Part shown: piece after piece, positions 53,959 to 63,039 of the stretch
How the letters are laid out: every line of letters starts with the position of its first letter
Position numbering within the stretch: the first letter of the stretch is position 1
Assembly: GCA_046484625.1 (NCBI GenBank)
Contig: JAWOIO010000109.1
Coordinates: forward strand, 1,842 to 65,841
DNA: 64,000 bases
Reading direction: 5' to 3'
Origin: Acidimicrobiia bacterium
Lineage (GTDB): Bacteria > Actinomycetota > Acidimicrobiia > IMCC26256 > PALSA-555
Made by a program: the position numbers and the translations under genes
The notes under the pieces: generated by a model
Databases searched by the model: none
Told to the model about the DNA's origin: nothing
What the model saw: the letters and a program-made list of their open reading frames with translations, nothing else

Positions 53959-55377
53959 CTATCCGGCGGCGCCTGCGCCTCCCGGCTCGACGTGCTCGAG
54001 GTACCGGGGGTTGGCGACCAGGAGCTTCGCCCGGACGAGGTCGACGACCACGGCGACCACCTCGTCGCGGTGATCGTCGAGCGATCCGTCGCGGACCCTC
54101 GCCGCGAGCTCGGCGACGAGGGTGCGGGGTGGCGCGTCGTCGCTCCCGACGAGCGCGGCGATGCGTCGGAGCACCGGCGCATCGACCGCGGGACCGAGCA
54201 GGAGCTCGCGCTCGACGATGCCGAGTGCGTTCACGGCCACTCGAGCGTGGAAGGCCGTGCGGCCCTCGGTCGCGGTCATCACATCGGCCTCGAGGAACTC
54301 CCGGACGGCCTCGAGCAGCTCGGCCGCGGTCGGGCGGTCCTGGAGGCCGGTCCCCGGCTCGACCGGCTGCGGGAGGGAGGATGCCGGGCCGGTCACCGAC
54401 GCTTCGGCGATGAGGCCCAGGACGTCCCACTCGGTCTCGGCGATGCGCCGGCCGAGCGTTGCGAGCTCGACCGAGCGCACGATGCCGCTCAGGTGCGTGA
54501 ACGCCTGCCCGCCGCAGATCACGCCCCACTTGAGCGTCCCGAAGGTCTCCCAGTACCGCAGGTGGTCGGGATCGACCGGCTCGCCGCCGGCAGCCACGTA
54601 CGCGTCGAGGAGCCCCTCGACAGTGCCGAACCCGCCGACCGGACGGTCCACGTTCCCGAAGCGCCAGGAGCGCACGCAGCACCATCCGAGGTCCTCGACC
54701 GGGTCGCCGAGGTGCGCCAGCTCCCAGTCGAGCACCGCGCGCAGGCCGTCGGGGCCGACGACGAGGTTGCCGTTGCGGAAGTCGCCGTGGACGAGCCGCG
54801 GCTCGACCTCCGGCGGGGCGTGGTCGGCGAGCCAGCGCAGCGCGAGCTCGAAGGCCGGATGGGGCTCACCGATCGAGTCGAGGACGCCCCGGTACTGCTC
54901 GATCTGCTCCCGCGCGCCGAGCACGGGGAGCGCGGGGAGCGTCCCGACGTCGAGTGCGTGGACGCGTGCCGCGGCCTCACCGCACTGCCTGGTGAGCACC
55001 GCGCGGGCATCGGCGTACGCGTCGTCGCGGAGGATCCGACGTGGGATGGTCTCGCCCTTGATGCGTTCCATCACCAAGCCGGAGCCGAGCCCGTCGGCGG
55101 GCTCGACGACGAAGCGGACCGTCGGGACGGCAACCCCGCCGGCGCCGGCGGCACGGAGCAGCTCGAACTCGGTCTCCCGCGCCGATTGGCCCACCGAGGC
55201 GCCCGGGTCGCGGCGCAGGACGAGCGCGAGCGTGGTGTCGTCACTCGACGCCGCGTCGAACGCCCAGGTCTCGCGGGACGCGCCCCCGGACAGGCGCACG
55301 AGATCGCGGATCTCGACCGTCGTACCGAGGTGACGGCCGACGGCCGCGGCGAGCGCGGCGGTGTCGGGCGGGTTCAC
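53959..55377 (-). CDS. Phosphotransferase (APH/kinase-like fold) fused to a C-terminal helical domain
   Basis: 472-aa ORF. Motifs LVHGDFRNGNL....... and DWE.A..GDP..DL. The extra ~130-aa C-terminal domain has unknown function. Confidence 0.75.
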   Translation of the reverse strand: MNPPDTAALAAAVGRHLGTTVEIRDLVRLSGGASRETWAFDAASSDDTTLALVLRRDPGASVGQSARETEFELLRAAGAGGVAVPTVRFVVEPADGLGSGLVMERIKGETIPRRILRDDAYADARAVLTRQCGEAAARVHALDVGTLPALPVLGAREQIEQYRGVLDSIGEPHPAFELALRWLADHAPPEVEPRLVHGDFRNGNLVVGPDGLRAVLDWELAHLGDPVEDLGWCCVRSWRFGNVDRPVGGFGTVEGLLDAYVAAGGEPVDPDHLRYWETFGTLKWGVICGGQAFTHLSGIVRSVELATLGRRIAETEWDVLGLIAEASVTGPASSLPQPVEPGTGLQDRPTAAELLEAVREFLEADVMTATEGRTAFHARVAVNALGIVERELLLGPAVDAPVLRRIAALVGSDDAPPRTLVAELAARVRDGSLDDHRDEVVAVVVDLVRAKLLVANPRYLEHVEPGGAGAAG

Positions 55378-55490
55378 CGGTTCTCCGCTGGGACACGCTC
55401 CGACGGCATCGCGCGGACGCTAGCGCCGGTCCGACGGAGCCCACGGACCCAGACGCGGTCGACGGAATTGTCCGGAGTATCGTCACGCAC

Positions 55491-57359
55491 ATGAAGCGAT
55501 CCAAGCGTCTTTCTCGAGCGTTGGTCGGTGCCGGACTGCTGGCGCTCGCGGTGCTCGTGCCCGCAACGGCCATCGCGGCGCCGAACGGCACCGCTGGCTT
55601 CCTGGGGGGATCCGAGCAGATCACCCAGTTCGATGTGCAGCTCACCATCGAGCCGAGCGGCGACCTCCTCGTGCAGGAGACGATCGACTACGACTTCGGC
55701 GTCCTCTCGAGGCGCGGCATCTTCCGCGACATCCCGGTGCGCTTCGACTACCCGAAGAAGGCCGACACCGACCGGGTGTACCCGCTCGACGTGGTGTCGG
55801 TACGCACGTCGGAGGGCACGCCGGGCCAGTACACGTTGGAGGAGTTCACGCAGAACGGGATCGGCTACGACCGGATCAAGATCGGTGACCCGGACCAGAC
55901 GATCACGGGCGAGCACCGCTACGAGATCACCTACCGGGTGCAGGGCGCACTGAACGGCTTCGACGAGCACGACGAGCTGGTGTGGAACGCGGTCGGGACG
56001 CAGTGGCCCGTGATCATCAACGACGTCACCGTCGAGCTGGTCGCGCCGGCCGGCATCACCGCGATCAACTGCGCCCAGGGCTCGTTCGGGTCGAACCTGC
56101 CGTGCGAGACCGCGTCGTTCGACCTCGACCTCGCGAGCTTTGCCCAGACCCAGCTGTTCCCGTTCCAGGGGCTGACCATCACGATCGGGTTGCCGAAGGG
56201 CGCCGTCCCGGAGCCCGAGCCGATCCTCGAGGAGCGCTGGACACCCGGCCGGGCGTTCGCCCTCAACGGCGGGACCGTCGGGGGTGCGGCCGTGATCGGG
56301 CTCGTCGGGTTCGGGGCGTTCTTCGCGGCGTTCGGCCGCAAGGCCCGCGACCGTCGGTTCAAGGGCGGCGCGGTCGACCAGACCTTCGGCGCCGAAGGCG
56401 GTGCCGACGAGCTGACGCCGGTCTTCGCCGAGAAGACCGAGACTCCGGTGGAGTTCGAGCCGCCCGACGACCTGCGGCCCGGGCAGGTCGGCACGCTCGT
56501 CGACTTCAAGGCCCACCCGCTCGACGTGACCGCCACGATCGTGGATCTCGCGGTGCGCAAGTACCTCGTCATCGAAGAGGTCGAGACGACCTCGCGATGG
56601 CTCAAGAACGACTGGAAGCTCACGAAGCTCGACAAGTCCGACGCCAAGCTCCTCGACTACGAGAAGGAGCTGCTCGCCGGACTGTTCAAGAGCGGCGACA
56701 CCGTCGAGCTGGGCGACCTGAAGCAGAAGTTCGCGGCCCGCATGGCCAAGGTGCAGAAGGCGCTCTCCGACGACGCGAAGGCCCAGGGCTGGTTCACGCG
56801 CGACCCGAACACGGCCCAGCTCTCCACCGGGTGCCTGGGCATCCTCGTGCTGCTCCTCGGGATCGGCGTCACGGTCGCGCTGGCCATGTGGACGAGCCTC
56901 GGCCTCCTCGGGATCCCGCTGGTCCTGCTCGGTCTGTTCTGGACGTTCAGCGCTCGCTGGGCCCCGGCCCGCACCGCGAAGGGGAGCGCGCTGCTCCGGC
57001 GCACGAACGGCTTCCGGCGCTTCATCGAGGAGTCGGAGAAGGAGCGGGCGCGCTTCGCGGAGCGCAAGAACCTCTTCTCGGAGTACCTGCCCTACGCGGT
57101 GGTGTTCGGCGCCACCGAGAAGTGGGCGAAGGCGTTCGCCGGCCTCGACGGTGAGCCGCCCGACACCAGCTACTGGTACCGGTCGAACGTGCCCTTCCAG
57201 TACGTCGCGTTCTCGCACGCGATGGACGGGTTCGCGACGACCACCGCGGGGACGCTGACCTCGACGCCACCGTCGACCTCGGGCTCGAGTGGCTTCTCCG
57301 GTGGTGGCGGTGGCTCCTCCGGCGGTGGTGGCGGAGGCGGAGGCGGGGGCTCCTGGTGA
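55491..57359 (+). CDS. DUF2207-like membrane protein with Gly-rich C-terminus
   Basis: 622-aa ORF. Signal peptide, extracellular N-terminal domain, TM helices, and a C-terminal GFSGGGGGSSGGGGGGGGGSW tail. Confidence 0.75.
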   Translation: MKRSKRLSRALVGAGLLALAVLVPATAIAAPNGTAGFLGGSEQITQFDVQLTIEPSGDLLVQETIDYDFGVLSRRGIFRDIPVRFDYPKKADTDRVYPLDVVSVRTSEGTPGQYTLEEFTQNGIGYDRIKIGDPDQTITGEHRYEITYRVQGALNGFDEHDELVWNAVGTQWPVIINDVTVELVAPAGITAINCAQGSFGSNLPCETASFDLDLASFAQTQLFPFQGLTITIGLPKGAVPEPEPILEERWTPGRAFALNGGTVGGAAVIGLVGFGAFFAAFGRKARDRRFKGGAVDQTFGAEGGADELTPVFAEKTETPVEFEPPDDLRPGQVGTLVDFKAHPLDVTATIVDLAVRKYLVIEEVETTSRWLKNDWKLTKLDKSDAKLLDYEKELLAGLFKSGDTVELGDLKQKFAARMAKVQKALSDDAKAQGWFTRDPNTAQLSTGCLGILVLLLGIGVTVALAMWTSLGLLGIPLVLLGLFWTFSARWAPARTAKGSALLRRTNGFRRFIEESEKERARFAERKNLFSEYLPYAVVFGATEKWAKAFAGLDGEPPDTSYWYRSNVPFQYVAFSHAMDGFATTTAGTLTSTPPSTSGSSGFSGGGGGSSGGGGGGGGGGSW

Positions 57360-57428
57360 GCCGCCACCCGGTCGCGGCCGCGTCCGGGGGTGCTCGGGGG
57401 GAGGAAGGCCGGCCCGACCTCGACTATG

Positions 57429-57448
57429 TGGTATCCGTTCAGATACCA
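57429..57448 (+). promoter_or_regulatory. Inverted repeat (candidate operator) upstream of the XRE gene
   Basis: tggtatc-cgttca-gatacca, a perfect 7-bp inverted repeat ending 8 nt before the ATG at 57456, in a local GC dip. Confidence 0.55.
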
Positions 57449-57455
57449 TCGGACC

Positions 57456-57773
57456 ATGGACGCTGGCACGCTGCTCCGTGAGGCCCGCGCCCGGGCCCGA
57501 CTGTCCCAGCGCGAGCTGGCCCGCCGCGCGGGTACCTCCCACGCCACCCTCTCGTTCTACGAGTCGGGCCGGAAGATGCCGTCGTACGCGACGGTCGCCC
57601 GGATCGTGCGGGCCGCCGGGTTCGTTCTCGAGTCCGACCTCGCCCCCGTCGCCGGCGGTGCCGACCGCGCCGCGCGCGGCCGCGAGCTCCTCGAGGTGCT
57701 CGAGCTCGCCGAGCTGTTCCCGGCCCGCCACGAGCACACGCTGCCCTATCCCGCCTTCGGCCGCCTCGGATGA
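57456..57773 (+). CDS. XRE-family helix-turn-helix protein (candidate antitoxin)
   Basis: Internal ATG (MDAGTLLREARARARLSQRELARRAGTSHATLSFYESGRK). Classic XRE HTH. Confidence 0.75.
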   Translation: MDAGTLLREARARARLSQRELARRAGTSHATLSFYESGRKMPSYATVARIVRAAGFVLESDLAPVAGGADRAARGRELLEVLELAELFPARHEHTLPYPAFGRLG

Positions 57774-58321
57774 GCCTCGCCGCGAAGATCGTCGCCGTGC
57801 ACGAGGCGCTCGACCGCTCCGGGATCCCCCACGCGTTCGGTGGCGCCCTCGCGCTCGCCTGGTGCACCCAGCGGGCCCGGGGCACGATCGACATCGACCT
57901 CAACGTCTTCGTCGAGCCGGCCGGCGCGGCTGACGTCCTCCGCTCACTGCCGCGCGAGGTGCGCCGCTCCGGGACCGACGCTGCAACGCTGGAACGGGAC
58001 GGGCAGATCCGCCTGTGGTGGGACGAGACCCCACTCGACGTGTTCCTGAACACCACCCCGTACCACGACGACCTGGCCCGCCGGACCCATCGCGAGCCGT
58101 TCGCCGGTGCCGAGGTGCCGTTCCTCGGCTGCACCGACCTCGCGGTGTTCAAGGCCTTCTTCGACCGGACCAAGGACTGGGCCGACCTCGAGGAGATGGT
58201 CGGCGCGGGCACCCTCGACCGCGAGGCCGCGCTCGGGATCCTCGTCGAGTACCTCGGCCCCGACGACCCACGGATCGTCCGCCTTCGCGAGCTCCCGGCC
58301 GCGGCTCTGGGGACTCCCTAG
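57770..58321 (+). CDS. Minimal Pol-beta-fold nucleotidyltransferase (candidate toxin)
   Basis: 183-aa ORF. Its start overlaps the XRE stop (ATGA). Motif FGGALAL......RGTIDIDLNVF, a G[GS]...DxD nucleotidyltransferase signature. Confidence 0.65.
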   Translation: MSLAAKIVAVHEALDRSGIPHAFGGALALAWCTQRARGTIDIDLNVFVEPAGAADVLRSLPREVRRSGTDAATLERDGQIRLWWDETPLDVFLNTTPYHDDLARRTHREPFAGAEVPFLGCTDLAVFKAFFDRTKDWADLEEMVGAGTLDREAALGILVEYLGPDDPRIVRLRELPAAALGTP

Positions 58322-59331
58322 GCGGCCGCGCCGACCGGCTTCCCGTCGACCATCTGGTCGAGGTACTCGGACAGGCCGTACCCGACCTTGCCGTCGCAGC
58401 GCCACTCGGTCATCCCCTCGGAGATCCGGGTGACGAGCTGGTCCCCCTCGGGTGTCGTGCGTCGGTTGCGCAGGGGGATGAGCGACTGCACCGTTCCCTC
58501 GATGACGTGCTCGACGTCGCCGACCTGCGCGACCGCGCGGATGCGCTCGTGGTACAGGTCGTCGGTCGCCCACTCGGTCTCGATGGTCGCCCCGGTGAGG
58601 TACGAGTACGCGCCGTCCTCGAGCCAGACGCCACCGATGCGCTGCGATCCGTCGCGCGCGGTCACGATCGAGACGACGAAGCCGCCGTCGTCGCCGAAGT
58701 TGCCCGTCAACCAGCGGTACCACCACGGCGACTGCCAGAACCGGGGCCCCCAGGAGTGGTCGCGCAGCCCGTAGCCGTCGACGACCCACTCCTCGTCGCC
58801 CACCCGGACGGTGCCGCGCCCACCGACATGCTGCTCGTAGTGACCGCGCGCGAAGCCCTCGCCCGGCTTCTCGGCGATCGGACTGCCGTCGTCGTTGACG
58901 GGCTCGCCCCCGAGCATGGGGGAGATGCCGCGGTAGTCGAGGTCGACCGCGCACTCCTCCCACGGGTTCTGGGTGAACGCGGTGCGCGGGTCGGCCATCT
59001 CGAGCGGTCGCTCGAGCACGCAGATCTTCCCGTGGTAGGAGGCCCGAAGGGACTCGAACGGCTCGACGACCTCGAAGCGCATGCCGCCGGCGTCGAAGGC
59101 GTCGTTGTGCGTGATCTCGGGCCGGTGGTACGTGAACGCGACGCGCCCGTCGGGGAGATAGAGGCAGGTGGTCATCTCCGCGTAGCCCTCGTTGGCGCGG
59201 TTGCCCAGGCGGAGGAAGCCACCGAGGCGCTCCGCCGGGTCGTACACGTTGAAGTACATGCTCTCGTTGAAGTTCGAGGCTTCTTCGAGTGGGTGCATGT
59301 ACTCGTCGGCCGGGTCGAGGCGAAGGCGCAT
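58318..59331 (-). CDS. Hypothetical protein (conserved-looking, function unknown)
   Basis: 337-aa ORF with high GC3. Trp-rich segment RDHSWGPRFWQSPWWYRW. No family confidently recognised. Confidence 0.55.
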   Translation of the reverse strand: MRLRLDPADEYMHPLEEASNFNESMYFNVYDPAERLGGFLRLGNRANEGYAEMTTCLYLPDGRVAFTYHRPEITHNDAFDAGGMRFEVVEPFESLRASYHGKICVLERPLEMADPRTAFTQNPWEECAVDLDYRGISPMLGGEPVNDDGSPIAEKPGEGFARGHYEQHVGGRGTVRVGDEEWVVDGYGLRDHSWGPRFWQSPWWYRWLTGNFGDDGGFVVSIVTARDGSQRIGGVWLEDGAYSYLTGATIETEWATDDLYHERIRAVAQVGDVEHVIEGTVQSLIPLRNRRTTPEGDQLVTRISEGMTEWRCDGKVGYGLSEYLDQMVDGKPVGAAA

Positions 59332-59421
59332 GCCGAGACCCTAGCGACCCCGACCGTCCGGCTGAACGGCACTAGGTTCTGACGCCGACGTCAGGTGTCG
59401 CCGAACGATGAGGGGTGTTGC

Positions 59422-60564
59422 GTGGCCGGTCCGTTGGCAGGGGTGAAGGTCGTCGAGCTCGTCGGGATCGGGCCGGGGCCGTTCGCCGCGATGCTGCTCG
59501 CCGACATGGGTGCCGACGTGGTGCGCGTGCACCGGGCCCAGTCGGTCGAGCGGGGCTTCGACCCCGGCGGCGTGCCGATCATGGATCGCAACCGCCGCTC
59601 GATCGGCGTCGACCTGAAGCACCCCGAGGGGGTCGAGACCGTGCTCGGGCTCGTCGAGCGCGCCGACGCGCTGCTGGAGGGGTTCCGGCCCGGCGTGACC
59701 GAGCGCCTCGGCGTGGGCCCCGACGACTGCCTCGCGCGCAACCCGAAGCTGGTCTACGGCCGGATGACCGGGTGGGGCCAGGGCGGACCGCTCGCCGATG
59801 CGGCCGGCCACGACATCAACTACATCGCGCTCGCCGGCGCGCTCGCGCACTTCGGTCGCGAGGGCCAGAAGCCCACGCCGCCGCTCAACCTCATCGGCGA
59901 CTTCGGCGGCGGCGGGATGTTCCTGGCGTTCGGTCTCGTGTGCGGGATCCTCGAGGCACGCACGTCGGGGAAGGGACAGGTCGTCGACGCGGCCATGGTC
60001 GACGGCGCCGCCATCCTCATGGCGTTCGTGTGGGGGATGCAGGCGTTCGGCGCGTTCAACGAGGAGCGGGGCACGAACCTGCTCGACACCGGAGCTCCGC
60101 ACTACGACACGTACGAGACGGCCGACGGCCAGTACATCGCGCTCGGCGCGCTCGAGGCGCAGTTCTACGCGGAGTTCCTCGAGAAGACCGGTCTCGCGTC
60201 CGAGGACCTGCCCACCGTCGCCGACCAGGCGAACTGGCCCGTCCTGCGGGAGCGGTTCACCGCGCTGTTCAAGTCGAAGACCCGCGCCGAGTGGTGCGAC
60301 CTCCTGGAGGGGAGCGATGCGTGCTTCGCGCCGGTGCTCCCGATGAGCGAGGCGGCCCGACACCCCCACATCACCGCGCGGGGGACGCTCGTCGAGTTCG
60401 AGGGTCTCACCCAGCCCGCGCCCGCGCCCCGCTTCTCGCGCACGAAGCCCGAGCTTTGGCGTGCGGCCCCGACGCCCGGCGAGCACACCGACGAGGTGCT
60501 GACCGAATGGGGCTTCGGTGCCGACGATGTCGCGCAGCTCCGCGAAGCGGGAGCGATCCGCTGA
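59422..60564 (+). CDS. mcr: Alpha-methylacyl-CoA racemase-like family III CoA-transferase
   Basis: GTG at 59422 gives (M)AGPLAGVKVVELVGIGPGPFAAMLLADMGADVVRV. Sequence GHDINYIALAG...PPLNLIGDFGGGGMFL recalls mycobacterial Mcr. Confidence 0.75.
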   Translation: MAGPLAGVKVVELVGIGPGPFAAMLLADMGADVVRVHRAQSVERGFDPGGVPIMDRNRRSIGVDLKHPEGVETVLGLVERADALLEGFRPGVTERLGVGPDDCLARNPKLVYGRMTGWGQGGPLADAAGHDINYIALAGALAHFGREGQKPTPPLNLIGDFGGGGMFLAFGLVCGILEARTSGKGQVVDAAMVDGAAILMAFVWGMQAFGAFNEERGTNLLDTGAPHYDTYETADGQYIALGALEAQFYAEFLEKTGLASEDLPTVADQANWPVLRERFTALFKSKTRAEWCDLLEGSDACFAPVLPMSEAARHPHITARGTLVEFEGLTQPAPAPRFSRTKPELWRAAPTPGEHTDEVLTEWGFGADDVAQLREAGAIR

Positions 60565-61565
60565 TGCGCGAGCTCGGGAAGAGCACGACGACCGACGAGG
60601 TCCTCGATGGTGTCGACCTGAGCGGTCGGCGCGTGGTGATCACCGGAGCGGCGAGCGGGTTGGGGCGCGAGACCGCCCGAGCCATGGCAGCCCACGGCGC
60701 TTCGGTCACGGTGCTGGCCCGCAGCGCGGAGCGCGCGGCGGGCGCGGTGGCCGAGATCGAGGCGCTGGTCCCCGGCGCCGAGGTGGAGCCGGGGGTGGTC
60801 GACCTGGCGGATCTCTCCACGGTCCGCTCGTTTGCCGACGACTACCTGGCATCCCGCGACGCGGTGGACGTGCTCATCAACAACGCCGGGGTGATGGCCT
60901 GTCCGTTCGGCCGGACCGTCGACGGATTCGAGACCCAGTTCGGGACGAACCACCTCGGTCACTTTCTGCTGACCGCGCGCCTGGCGCCGGCGTTGCTCCG
61001 AGGTACCTCACCGCGAGTCGTGACGCTGACGTCGGCCGGCCACTCGCGCAGCGACGTCGATCTCGAGGACCCGAACTTCGACACGACCGAGTACTCGCCC
61101 TGGGTCGCGTACGGCCGATCCAAGACGGCGAACGCCCTGTTCGCCCGCGAGCTCGCTCGACGCGCCGGGCCGCGTGGGCTGCTGTCGTTCTCGGTGCACC
61201 CGGGCGGCATCCTCACCGACCTCGGTCGGCACCTCACCGAGGAGCTCATGAACGAGATGGCCACGTTCGCCAAGGCACGCGCGGCTGCGGCAGGCGACGC
61301 AGGTGAGGACGCTTCGGGTGACGATGCGGCGGCATTCGGATTCGAGTGGAAGACGATCGAAGCAGGCGCGGCCACCCAGGTGTGGGCGGCGACTGCTCCG
61401 GAGCTCGCCGAACACAACGGCGCGTATCTGGCCGACTGCGGGCTGGGAGTGCTCGGCGGGGACCCCGGGGTGAATGGGTTCCTCCCGTATCTCCTCGACG
61501 ACGACCACGCCGAGACGCTCTGGGACCTGAGCGAGGAGCTGGTCGGCACACCCTTCGTGCTCTAG
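60564..61565 (+). CDS. SDR family oxidoreductase
   Basis: ATG overlaps the upstream stop (TGATG). Motifs ITGAASGLGRE, NNAG, Y..SK. Confidence 0.85.
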   Translation: MRELGKSTTTDEVLDGVDLSGRRVVITGAASGLGRETARAMAAHGASVTVLARSAERAAGAVAEIEALVPGAEVEPGVVDLADLSTVRSFADDYLASRDAVDVLINNAGVMACPFGRTVDGFETQFGTNHLGHFLLTARLAPALLRGTSPRVVTLTSAGHSRSDVDLEDPNFDTTEYSPWVAYGRSKTANALFARELARRAGPRGLLSFSVHPGGILTDLGRHLTEELMNEMATFAKARAAAAGDAGEDASGDDAAAFGFEWKTIEAGAATQVWAATAPELAEHNGAYLADCGLGVLGGDPGVNGFLPYLLDDDHAETLWDLSEELVGTPFVL

Positions 61566-61631
61566 CCAGCCCTCCTCGGTGCAGGAGTTCGTCAACGCGT
61601 TGCGCGCCCGAGTTGAGCGCGTCGACGGAAC

Positions 61632-62804
61632 TCAGGCTCCTCGCGCGACCCCGGTGAACAGTTCCGGTGCCGCATCACGGAGCCGGTCGAGCCGCTCGTC
61701 CAGCGTCGCGGTGTCGGGCGCAGTCACGGTGACGTGGCCGACCTTGCGTCCGGGACGAGCGGCCTTGTCGTAGTCGTGCAGGTGTGTCCCGGTGACGCCC
61801 AGCACGGCATCGCGGTCGGGCATCGCGCCGATGCAGTTCACCATCGCCGACGGCCCGCGCGTGTCGGCGGAGCCCAGGGGCCAGCTCAGCACCGCACGCA
61901 GGTGCTGCTCGAACTGACTCGTCTCCGCGCCCTCGATCGTCCAGTGCCCGGAGTTGTGGACGCGGGGCGCGAGCTCGTTCGCCAGGAGTCGCCCTTCGTG
62001 CTCGAACAGCTCGACGGCGAGGACCCCGACGTAGTCCAGGTCGTCGAGCAGCCGGTGCGCGATCCGCTCACCCTCGGCCTGGAGGTCCGCGGTGGTCGAA
62101 GGTGCGGGCGCGCGACTCACGCGAAGGATGCCGTCGACATGGGTGTTCTGCACGAGCGGGTAGCAGGCGGTCGCGCCGTCGGTTCCACGCGCCGCGAGCA
62201 CCGACAGCTCGCGGTCGAACGGGACGAGCGCCTCGAAGATCAGCGGCGCGCCTCCGAGCGCCTCCCATGCCGCGTCGACGTCACTCGGTGCACGCAGCAC
62301 GTGCTGGCCCTTGCCGTCGTACCCGCCGCGCCGCGTCTTGAGCACGCCCGGCAGGCCGACGGCCTTGATCGCGGCGTCGAGTCCGGCGCGGTCGTCGACG
62401 GCAGCGAAGTCGGCAGCGTCGATGCCGAGCGCGCGACACGTCTCCTTCTCGGTGACGCGGTCCTGGGAGACCTCGAGCGCGCGGGGTGACGGGTGCACGG
62501 GAGCCGTCTCGGCCGCATGGCGAGCAGCGTCGGCAGGAACGCCCTCCCACTCGTACGTGACCACCGTCGCACCCTCGACGACCCGGTCGATGGCCGATCG
62601 GTCATCGAGTCCGCCCGTCACCACCGGTCCGACCGCGGCGGCGGGCGGCGCAGACCCGGGATCGAGGAACCGGAAGCGCAGCGCGAGCGGGATCCCGGCG
62701 ACACCGAGCATGCGCCCGAGCTGACCGCCACCGAGCACCGCCACGTGCCCCCGGACCTGAATCCGGTCCGGCGGCAGGTCGGGACGGGCATCCGGCGCGC
62801 TCAC
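61632..62804 (-). CDS. purK: N5-carboxyaminoimidazole ribonucleotide synthase
   Basis: Distal part of ORF 61632..63425. Motifs VLGGGQLGRML, an ATP-grasp motif, APRVHNSGHWT and GRK.GH. The start is uncertain (GTG at 62804 or a downstream GTG). Confidence 0.85.
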   Translation of the reverse strand: MSAPDARPDLPPDRIQVRGHVAVLGGGQLGRMLGVAGIPLALRFRFLDPGSAPPAAAVGPVVTGGLDDRSAIDRVVEGATVVTYEWEGVPADAARHAAETAPVHPSPRALEVSQDRVTEKETCRALGIDAADFAAVDDRAGLDAAIKAVGLPGVLKTRRGGYDGKGQHVLRAPSDVDAAWEALGGAPLIFEALVPFDRELSVLAARGTDGATACYPLVQNTHVDGILRVSRAPAPSTTADLQAEGERIAHRLLDDLDYVGVLAVELFEHEGRLLANELAPRVHNSGHWTIEGAETSQFEQHLRAVLSWPLGSADTRGPSAMVNCIGAMPDRDAVLGVTGTHLHDYDKAARPGRKVGHVTVTAPDTATLDERLDRLRDAAPELFTGVARGA

Positions 62805-63039
62805 GTCGTGTGGTCTACCGCACCTGGAGCACGGGGAACGATCCTCGGATCCACCACGGGGACCGGTAGTCTGCGAGGTGCGACAGCGTCGTCGCCCCAT
62901 CCCCCAGCCTCCGCACCCGTCGGTGCCCCGTTCCGGGCATCGAGACGCGGTCGGAGGTTCGAAATCGGGTCGCTGACGACGCATCCTCGTCGTCCTCGAC
63001 TCGTCCGACCCCGGTCGGACCCAGCGCCGAGGAGATCGA

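Noticed and set aside
62940-62975. GlnR box upstream of gltB (ggttcgaaatcgggtcgctgac)
   Set aside because: It does not fit the gTnAc-N6-GaAAc pattern, and no GAAAC/GTTTC element is present.
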